From contig CP147779.1 of assembly GCA_037308085.1 (NCBI GenBank), positions 416,001 to 480,000 of the forward strand: a DNA stretch of 64,000 bases, in the 5' to 3' direction. A program made the position numbers and the translations under genes. The notes below the pieces were generated by a model. It saw nothing but the letters and a program-made list of their open reading frames with translations. It did no database searches and had not been told where the DNA came from. Shown piece after piece: positions 57,123 to 64,000 of the stretch; positions within the stretch are counted from its first letter, which is position 1, and each line of letters starts with the position of its first letter. Source of the DNA: Promethearchaeati archaeon SRVP18_Atabeyarchaeia-1 (GTDB lineage: Archaea; Asgardarchaeota; Atabeyarchaeia; Atabeyarchaeales; Atabeyarchaeaceae).

Positions 57123-58349
57123 CTATCTTATCCCTAAGAGTGATAGGATGGGCGCGATGATTATCCTAGGATTCCTCAGTATGGTCTTGAGAAAATTGGA
57201 CTGCAGATCTATGTCTCCTTTCTGCTCCATCAAGTCTGCTAACCCACTCTTCACCGCAGTACGTACAAGTTTGTCCAATAGACCGTCGGGAAGATAGTTC
57301 ATGAGCCGACGCGCCCAAAGCATCGTGGAAAATTCTCGACTGAGTTCCCTTCTCCACTCTTTCTCATACCTCTCAAGGAATCTCTTGCTATAGTCTGTAT
57401 GCGCAGAACAATCCAATACAACTCTCGTCGCGATCTTCGCGCAAGTTCCTCCCATCACGACTCCTCCACCAGTCGTGGGTTTAGTCTGACCGGCGCAGTC
57501 CCCTATCGCAAGGAATCTATTAGAATAAGTTCTTCTCGTCGGCCCACCGGTCAGAACAAGTCCTCCAAAGGTCTTCTCCACTTTTGCCTTTGCAAACATC
57601 TCACATGTGGGAGGATGATGCGAGACGAAATATCTCAACAAGGAAAGCGACTTTGGCACCTTAGATGCCAAACCAACTCTTGCCGAGTTGCTTCCGGTCG
57701 GAATGACCCAGGCAAAGAACCCTGGAGCGAAGGTCCTGCCTAGATGTATTTGCACGAGATCGTCTCTCTCCAATCTGACACCATTCATCTCAAACTGTGT
57801 AGCGTAGAGCCTCATTCTTGGATTGGGTGCGCCGAGACCGACCTGCCTTGATAGATTGGCAAGCGCACCCTCACATGAGATAACCAAATCAGCTCGTATC
57901 CTCATCTTTTCTTTTGAACTTCTTCCGCTTGGCATTTCGGTAGCCACGACAGCCTCTTCGGGCTTGATGTCCACCGAGGTTGCCTTCGCATTTAGCGCAA
58001 TCCCCGATCCTTTCTTGGCGGCCTCATCTGCAATCTGCCTGTCAAGTGATGCTCTGTCGAGGACATAGGCTTGATCATATTGCCTCTCGACAGTCATTTG
58101 CGCCCCGAATCTTGAGAACAGTGTTGCACCCTTAACTTTGTTTAACACGGCTCTTCTTGATGGTGTGATTCCCAGTCTGCCCAGCCCATTGATGCTTATT
58201 AGACCCGCGCAGTGCTCCGGCTGCCCGATAGTAGTGTGCTCTTCGAGGATCATGGTATTCAAGCCTTTTTCGGCTAAGCCTTTTGCGGCAATGCCTCCAA
58301 TTGGTCCTCCGCCGACAACCACGACGTCGAACTTCTCGGAAAAAGTCAC
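57123..58349 (-). CDS. Geranylgeranyl reductase family flavoprotein (GTG start inferred)
   Basis: DVVVVGGGPIG, IG.P.HCAG, FFAWVIP, GDCAGQTKPTTGGG. Confidence 0.88.
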   Translation of the reverse strand: MTFSEKFDVVVVGGGPIGGIAAKGLAEKGLNTMILEEHTTIGQPEHCAGLISINGLGRLGITPSRRAVLNKVKGATLFSRFGAQMTVERQYDQAYVLDRASLDRQIADEAAKKGSGIALNAKATSVDIKPEEAVVATEMPSGRSSKEKMRIRADLVISCEGALANLSRQVGLGAPNPRMRLYATQFEMNGVRLERDDLVQIHLGRTFAPGFFAWVIPTGSNSARVGLASKVPKSLSLLRYFVSHHPPTCEMFAKAKVEKTFGGLVLTGGPTRRTYSNRFLAIGDCAGQTKPTTGGGVVMGGTCAKIATRVVLDCSAHTDYSKRFLERYEKEWRRELSREFSTMLWARRLMNYLPDGLLDKLVRTAVKSGLADLMEQKGDIDLQSNFLKTILRNPRIIIAPILSLLGIR

Positions 58350-58647
58350 CTGCAGCTCACCCACTGTAACGATACCACGAGGGGCAAAGGATGCTGATTC
58401 AAAGGTGTGTGGGAGATAATAACCATTCGGAGAGACAACGTTCTGCCTGGCTTCTGGGTCCTTCTTCTGGCCCTCTATCCCCTCATCGATTAGCCCCGAA
58501 GGATTCTTATTGGTAAAGGCGATGTAGTGCCTCAAAGTGTAGATAGTTCAACTTGGTTGTTTCCTCTAGGGCGCAACCAAGTCATTTCCTGACTCCATCA
58601 TAGTTCTCTGCCGGCAATAGAACCACCTCTGATTCAACAGGAGGCGT

Positions 58648-59037
58648 TTGAGAATAAGAGACGTATTACAAGGTTCGTCCATATTCAGCTTCAAGCAAGT
58701 TATCGTCTTGAGAACTGATATAAAGATGTCCAAAGGCAAATTCGCTGTGCAAGCCTCCCATGCGTCGGTGACCGCACTAGAGGAAGCTAGAAAAGAGCAC
58801 CGAGACTGGGTCAAATCTTGGCTTGATGAAGGGCAGAAGAAGGTCGTGGCTAAAGTCAAGAGCATAGAGGAACTCCAGATCCTCAGGCGCCAGGCTGAGA
58901 GGCTGAGTTTGCCTAACGCACTGATTGAGGACAGAGGTCTCACGGAGCTCCCTCCTGGAACAGTCACAGCATTGGGAATCGGCCCCGCACCAAACGATGC
59001 AATCGACAAAGTAACACGAGATCTCAAGTTGCTGTAA
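58648..59037 (+). CDS. pth2: Peptidyl-tRNA hydrolase Pth2
   Basis: KQVIVLRTD, GK..QASHA, D.GLTE.PPGT.T.LGIGP. Confidence 0.95.
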   Translation: MRIRDVLQGSSIFSFKQVIVLRTDIKMSKGKFAVQASHASVTALEEARKEHRDWVKSWLDEGQKKVVAKVKSIEELQILRRQAERLSLPNALIEDRGLTELPPGTVTALGIGPAPNDAIDKVTRDLKLL

Positions 59038-59069
59038 ACAAGGTAGCCATATATCCTGAGGGAACAAAC

Positions 59070-60416
59070 TTGCCAAGCGTTGCCGCGATGGAAGAAGATC
59101 TTGGCATCGAGCTTTTCTCCACATCTTCGGAAGGAATCGGCGGCGCAATAAAGCAGAGAGAAGAGGACTTCAGAGTCGAGGAGATCCCATTATGGACCGA
59201 CATGGGAGAAGATGCGAGCGGTGTCCAGAACAATGGCCCGTACTCGGTTTTCTGGCTCGAAAAGCGAGGCTTAGATACCCTTTTGGCCATCAAAAGAATC
59301 GCCAAGAGTCTTGGCATCAGTCAGAAAAGGCTCTCCTTCGCAGGAATGAAGGACAGAAATGCTATAACCCTCCAGAGAGTGAGCGCCTGGAAAGTCCCTG
59401 CCGAGAAGTTGAGGCAGGTCAATCTCAGCGGAATCCAGATAAAAGATGTTTCACAATCTGATGTCCCAATCCGCATGGGAAGCCATTGGGGAAACGCTTT
59501 TTCAATTATCGTCAGAGGCATACCCTTTACTGTGACCGAAGCGGAGACCCGGATTGAGATGGTATCAGAGGAAATCAGATCCAAAGGCGGATTGTTGAAT
59601 TACTTCGGGCAGCAAAGATTCGGTTTATCACGACCGATAACTCATATCGTGGGTCTGAGATTACTAAAGGGAGATCTTAGGGACGCCGCCATGGTTTTCC
59701 TTTCCAAGACGTCCCCGTATGAGTCAGATGATGTGAGGGGAGCAAGAGCGGAACTCGCTGCAACGGAAGACTTCGAGTTGGCGGTTAAGCGGTTTCCCGT
59801 CCGACTATCATATGAGCTGGCCATGTTAAACAAGCTCGCCTCCGACCCACGCAACTTTGCTAATGCTTTTCGAGCCCTGCCGAGGAGGTTGCTGCAGATG
59901 TTCATATCTGCCGCGCAATCTTGGTTATTCAACAAGTTTCTGAGCGAGCGCCTGAGAAGAAATATACAGCTCAATGAGTGCGTGCCTGGAGACGTCGCAT
60001 CGCCCCTTGACGCCCGCGGACTAACGACGAATGAGTTCTTCAGAGTTGAGGACTCAAACCCTGTCGAGTTGAAAGAGCAGTTGGATAGCGGAAAAGCCGC
60101 GATTGTATATCCGGTTCCAGGTTTCGATATGAATCTACCCGAGGGAGTGATGAAAGAGATAGTTAGGGAGATAATGGACCGAGAAGGGATAGTCCCAAGA
60201 AGTTTCTGGATCAGCATGATTCCTGAGACTAGCTCGGCGGGCGTATTTAGATCCATAGTCTTAATACCAAAAGGGCTAAAGATAACAGCGTCATGCTCAG
60301 AGACTGCGGGAGTATCCAATGCGAGATTCGAATTCTCATTGGTCAGAGGAGGATATGCAACCGTCGTACTGAGAGAGTTCATGAAAAACGATAATCCTCT
60401 CGCTGCAGGTTACTAG
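59070..60416 (+). CDS. truD: tRNA pseudouridine(13) synthase TruD/Pus7
   Basis: EDFRVEE, AGMKDR.A.T.Q, GNAF, NYFGQQRFG, GGYATVVLRE. Confidence 0.95.
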   Translation: MPSVAAMEEDLGIELFSTSSEGIGGAIKQREEDFRVEEIPLWTDMGEDASGVQNNGPYSVFWLEKRGLDTLLAIKRIAKSLGISQKRLSFAGMKDRNAITLQRVSAWKVPAEKLRQVNLSGIQIKDVSQSDVPIRMGSHWGNAFSIIVRGIPFTVTEAETRIEMVSEEIRSKGGLLNYFGQQRFGLSRPITHIVGLRLLKGDLRDAAMVFLSKTSPYESDDVRGARAELAATEDFELAVKRFPVRLSYELAMLNKLASDPRNFANAFRALPRRLLQMFISAAQSWLFNKFLSERLRRNIQLNECVPGDVASPLDARGLTTNEFFRVEDSNPVELKEQLDSGKAAIVYPVPGFDMNLPEGVMKEIVREIMDREGIVPRSFWISMIPETSSAGVFRSIVLIPKGLKITASCSETAGVSNARFEFSLVRGGYATVVLREFMKNDNPLAAGY

Positions 60417-60479
60417 CGTCAGGCAAGAGAATGATAATTACGGCAAACGAACAGTGAAGATGTCGGGTGATCTGATAAA

Positions 60480-61799
60480 ATGGAACTTGACGAATTGGGC
60501 GATCTTAGGAGAACGCATTTCTCAGTGGCAATAGACTCCTCCTTACATGGCAAAGAGGTAGTTGTAGCCGGACATGCAAACAGGATTCGAGACATAGGCA
60601 AAGTCAAATTCATCGACCTACGGGATAGAGACGGTAATGTGCAAGTCACTGTGGTGACCGGCAAGGCCAGCAGAGAGGTAATTGAAAAAGTCAAGCAAAT
60701 AGGCAATGAGTTCGTGCTCGTTGTTAGGGGCGTCGTCAGCGCTAATCCGCAAGCTCCAAGAGGAGTGGAGATACTTCCCTCAGCCATTAAGATTGTTAAT
60801 TCAGCCAAGCACCCGCTGCCTCTTGATCCAACAGGGTCTGTTCCTGCCGATATCGACACGCGACTTAATGCGAGAGTGCTTGATCTGAGACGCCCGAAGC
60901 CGCATGCCATATTCAAAATACAGCACTTTCTGCTAAAGTCGATCCGGCAATTTCTGTCGGATAGGGGATTTATCGAAATAGATACGCCGAAACTCATAGT
61001 CAGCGCGACGGAAGGAGGAACCCAACTCTTTCCCGTTAAGTACTTTGAGAGAACGTGTTATCTCAGGCAGTCAGCTCAGCTGTACAAGGAACAGCTCTCA
61101 AGTTCCTTTGACAAAGTATACGAGATAGGACCTGTTTTCAGAGCTGAAGAGCATGATACAACCAGGCATCTTAACGAATTAACGCAAATAGACATCGAAG
61201 CCGCATTCATGAGCTATGTTGACGTCATGAAGATCCTTGAAGAGCTCGTCTCTGAATGTTATAGCGAGCTAGCTGAGAACTGCTCTGGAGAACTAGCTGC
61301 TCTCGGAAGGAAGATCGAGAGGCCAACTATTCCATTCGAGAGAGTCACTTATAGTCAATTAGTAGAAGATTTGAAATCCCAGGGGATTGAGCTTGAATGG
61401 GGTCAGGACTTTGAACTTCATCATCTCAAAGCCATTGGAAAGAAACTTGGGAGCTTCTACTTCATTACAGATTGGCCGACAAGTATGAAGCCATTCTACA
61501 TAAGGCCGAAAACTGACCACCCAGATGTTAGCGAATCCTTCGATCTTCAGTACGGTTGGCTTGAGCTTGCAAGTGGCGGAACAAGGATACACGAAGAAGA
61601 TCTACTCCTCAAGCGCCTTACGGAGCAAGGGCTGAAACCCGAGCATTTCCGGGACCATCTGCAAGCCTTCGAAGTTGGCATGCCCCCGCACAGTGGATGG
61701 GCAGTTGGTCTTGCAAGGTTGATGATGGTCATAGCTGGCGTAGATAACATAAGAGAGTGCGTCTTCTACCCAAGAGATAGATTAAGGCTGACCCCGTGA
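60480..61799 (+). CDS. aspS: Aspartyl-tRNA synthetase (archaeal type)
   Basis: [36 protein letters not shown]. Confidence 0.95.
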   Translation: MELDELGDLRRTHFSVAIDSSLHGKEVVVAGHANRIRDIGKVKFIDLRDRDGNVQVTVVTGKASREVIEKVKQIGNEFVLVVRGVVSANPQAPRGVEILPSAIKIVNSAKHPLPLDPTGSVPADIDTRLNARVLDLRRPKPHAIFKIQHFLLKSIRQFLSDRGFIEIDTPKLIVSATEGGTQLFPVKYFERTCYLRQSAQLYKEQLSSSFDKVYEIGPVFRAEEHDTTRHLNELTQIDIEAAFMSYVDVMKILEELVSECYSELAENCSGELAALGRKIERPTIPFERVTYSQLVEDLKSQGIELEWGQDFELHHLKAIGKKLGSFYFITDWPTSMKPFYIRPKTDHPDVSESFDLQYGWLELASGGTRIHEEDLLLKRLTEQGLKPEHFRDHLQAFEVGMPPHSGWAVGLARLMMVIAGVDNIRECVFYPRDRLRLTP

Positions 61800-61827
61800 G
61801 AAGCCTGCCCCGAGAACCAAATGAAAA

Positions 61828-61989
61828 CTACTTCGAGAGTTCACGCTTCTTCAGCCTAAGGTCAGATCGATGGCAGTTGCGGCATCTCTTCGCAGAAATC
61901 GGGTTCTTTGAGCCACAGGTTCTGCATATCTTGAAGTAGAGTAAGTGCTGAGCCGCAATTCTTCTCTTCTCAGGATCGCCAATAGGCAT
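61828..61989 (-). CDS. rpl40e: 50S ribosomal protein L40e (53 aa, not in ORF track)
   Basis: Hand translation MPIGDPEKRRIAAQHLLYFKICRTCGSKNPISAKRCRNCHRSDLRLKKRELSK. Confidence 0.93.
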   Translation of the reverse strand: MPIGDPEKRRIAAQHLLYFKICRTCGSKNPISAKRCRNCHRSDLRLKKRELSK

Positions 61990-62074
61990 CATTTGTCACC
62001 CAACGATACTAGATAGCAGCGAACGCAATTGGTCAGTAGGAGATAGGTATAGTATCCTTCTGTTTTAACTTTAT

Positions 62075-63692
62075 CGGCTGGAAGTCCCCAAACTTCGGGT
62101 CGGGGATAGAAGCCCAAACCATTATGCGTTGTTAGAGTATACTGTTTTCTTGGTAGCCTAAATGAAGTACAAGCTTGACAAGCCCTCGCATGCTGTGTTC
62201 TCGCCGCAGTACCATTTAGTGCTAGTTATCAAGTACCGGCGTAAGGCTCTTTGCGGCGAAACTATTAGAGAGCGTTTTAAGAATATTATATGGGGTTTAG
62301 CAGGGCAGCTTGGCGTAGGAATAATCGCTCAAGAACCTGCCGAAGACCATATTCACCTTCTTTTCAAGGCTAAACCGGGCACCGACCCTGTGAAGACCGT
62401 TAATACTTTGAAGGGTGTGACGGCGAGGCTTCTCCGCAAAGAGTTCCCTCAACTAAAAGAGTTGTTATGGGCCGGCTCGTTCCGGTCTGACTCTTACTTT
62501 GTGGCAAGCACAGGTCAGGCAAGTCTTGACGTGTTGAAGAAGTATGTGGAGGAACAGCAGGGTGTTGAGCCAAAAGTTTAGGCTGTATCCCTCTAAGACG
62601 GTGGAGAGGAGGGTTGAGGAGAATCTTGAGTTGTGCAGATGGCTCTATAATCGGTTACTTGAAGAACTGAACAAGGCTAAGGCTGAAAAGGGAAGGCTCG
62701 CGTGGAAAGATACCCAGGCCCTCATTGTGAGGTTGAAACTGGAAAAGCCAGAGTTAAACGTGGTTCACTCTAAGGTTTTGCAGATGCTGAATTATCAGCT
62801 TTGGAGCAATATCCACACTTTGGCTGGGGCCAAGAAAAGTGGGGGGAAGGTTGGCAAATTAAGATTCAAAGGTGGATGGCTCAAAAACTCTCAACTTCAA
62901 CCAATCCGGATTCAAACTGGAAGGAAGAAAGCTGCATTTTTCCAAAATCGGAGCGATCAATGTGAAGCTTCACCGTGCCCTCACAGGAAAAGTCAAGGGT
63001 GTTATTGTCAAGCGGTCGCTCTCTAGGAAATGGTATGCAGTGTTTCAAGTTGAGAATTCAGTGGTTAACCATCTGCCTGAAACTGGAAAGGCAGTAGGCT
63101 TGGACATGGGTGTAAAACATTTTCTATCGGACAGCATCGGAAGACAGATTGAAAACCCGAAGTTCTACGAGAAGTCTCTTGCAAGATTGAGGGCTACGCA
63201 CAGAATTCTGTCACGAAAGGAGAAGACGTCAAAGAACAGAGCAAAAGCGAGAGTTAGGCTCGCAAGGGTTTATGAACGACTGGTGAATCAGCGGGACGAT
63301 TTTCTGCATAAACTCTCAAGGTGCCACGTGAATACCTATGATGTTACTGCAGTCGAGGATTTGAATGTTAGGAGCATGGTTAGGAATCATCACCTACTTA
63401 GCGCGAAAAATCCATGATGCCTCCTGGAGCAAGTTCTTTCAGATGTTATCCTACAAAGCTGAAAACGCTGGTGGGGTACTTGCAAAAGTGAATTCGAGAG
63501 GCACAAGCAAAGAGTACAAGCACGGCGAGCTTGACCGTGACTACAATGCTGCGCTCAGTATTTTGGAGCGTGGCTTAGCGGGGTTGGGACGACCCTTAGA
63601 GCCTGTGGAGATAAAGCCTCTGCTGGTAGCGGTGCCCGCAAGCCTTATCGTTGAAGCAGGAAGCCCTCACCGTTCAGGGCAGGGTAGTTCAC
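62075..63692 (+). mobile_element. IS200/IS605-family element (tnpA + tnpB)
   Basis: Subterminal hairpins GAAGTCCCC..GGGGA (left) and GAAGCCCT..AGGGTAGTTCAC (right); TTTAT before the left end. Confidence 0.85.
62162..62581 (+). CDS. tnpA: Y1 HUH transposase TnpA
   Basis: YHLV...KYRR, DHIHLL, LKG..AR, SYFV.STG, KKYVE.Q. Confidence 0.92.
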   Translation: MKYKLDKPSHAVFSPQYHLVLVIKYRRKALCGETIRERFKNIIWGLAGQLGVGIIAQEPAEDHIHLLFKAKPGTDPVKTVNTLKGVTARLLRKEFPQLKELLWAGSFRSDSYFVASTGQASLDVLKKYVEEQQGVEPKV

Positions 63693-63712
63693 AAGGTTTC
63701 CCTATCGCTTAA
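62544..63712 (+). pseudogene. tnpB: TnpB, split by two frameshifts (~62872 and ~63400)
   Basis: FRLYP..CRWLYN, GLDMG (RuvC-I), VEDL (RuvC-II), DRDYNAA (RuvC-III) spread over three ORF pieces. Confidence 0.85.
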
Positions 63713-64000
63713 TCAGTTTGGCCACTTCAGAAGGTCTACTTGCTACTTTCACTCCGACTTCTGCAAGTGCTTGGATCTTTGCTTCTGCGGTTCCAGAGCT
63801 TCCACTTATGATAGCGCCGGCGTGTCCCATTCTCTTGCCTGGGGGTGCAGTTCTTCCAGCGATGAATGCGACCACGTTCTTCTTGAATCCGGTCTCTGAT
63901 ATGTACCTTGCAGTACTCTCTTCGGCGTTGCCACCTATCTCTCCGATCATGACTACACTCTTAGTTTCTGTGTCATCCTTGAAGAGCTCCAATACGTCAA
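63702..64000 (-). CDS. sucD: Succinyl-CoA synthetase alpha subunit, C-terminal part (truncated by window)
   Basis: [25 protein letters not shown]. Confidence 0.93.
   Translation of the reverse strand, partial: DVLELFKDDTETKSVVMIGEIGGNAEESTARYISETGFKKNVVAFIAGRTAPPGKRMGHAGAIISGSSGTAEAKIQALAEVGVKVASRPSEVAKLIKR

Noticed and set aside
58350-58535. N-terminal extension of the geranylgeranyl reductase in the ORF track
   Set aside because: The FAD-binding motif normally sits at the N-terminus; GTG 58349 is the more plausible start.

Overview
Archaeal chromosomal window, probably Asgard-like. That placement is an inference from a RING-type Zn-finger protein and a CxxU selenoprotein with a eukaryote-type 3' SECIS. 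The left part holds the conserved exosome/proteasome/RNase P gene cluster (rpl15e-pop5-psmA-SBDS-rrp4/41/42-rpl37ae-pcc1-pfdB), an ECF transporter, gap, fae-hps, pyrH, aRF1 and valS. The middle has separately promoted 16S and 23S genes, RNase P RNA and seven tRNAs. The right has fen, cdc48, ef1b, pth2, truD, aspS, rpl40e, an IS200/IS605 element and a partial sucD. The standout feature is a very heavy load of bulge-helix-bulge (BHB) introns, about 26 by manual folding. These are 17 in five tRNAs (5 in initiator tRNA-Met, 4 in tRNA-Ile), 3 in 16S (one encoding a PD-(D/E)xK-type nuclease rather than LAGLIDADG) and 5 in 23S (one exactly in the sarcin-ricin GAGA loop). The last is a 31-nt BHB-like insertion that breaks valS, a candidate mRNA intron. 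Also seen: a duplicated 16S 3' end with its own processing stem behind an amber-interrupted LAGLIDADG gene, two free-standing LAGLIDADG paralogues beside tRNAs, and a local strand-skew switch. All splice junctions were derived by hand and need RNA confirmation.
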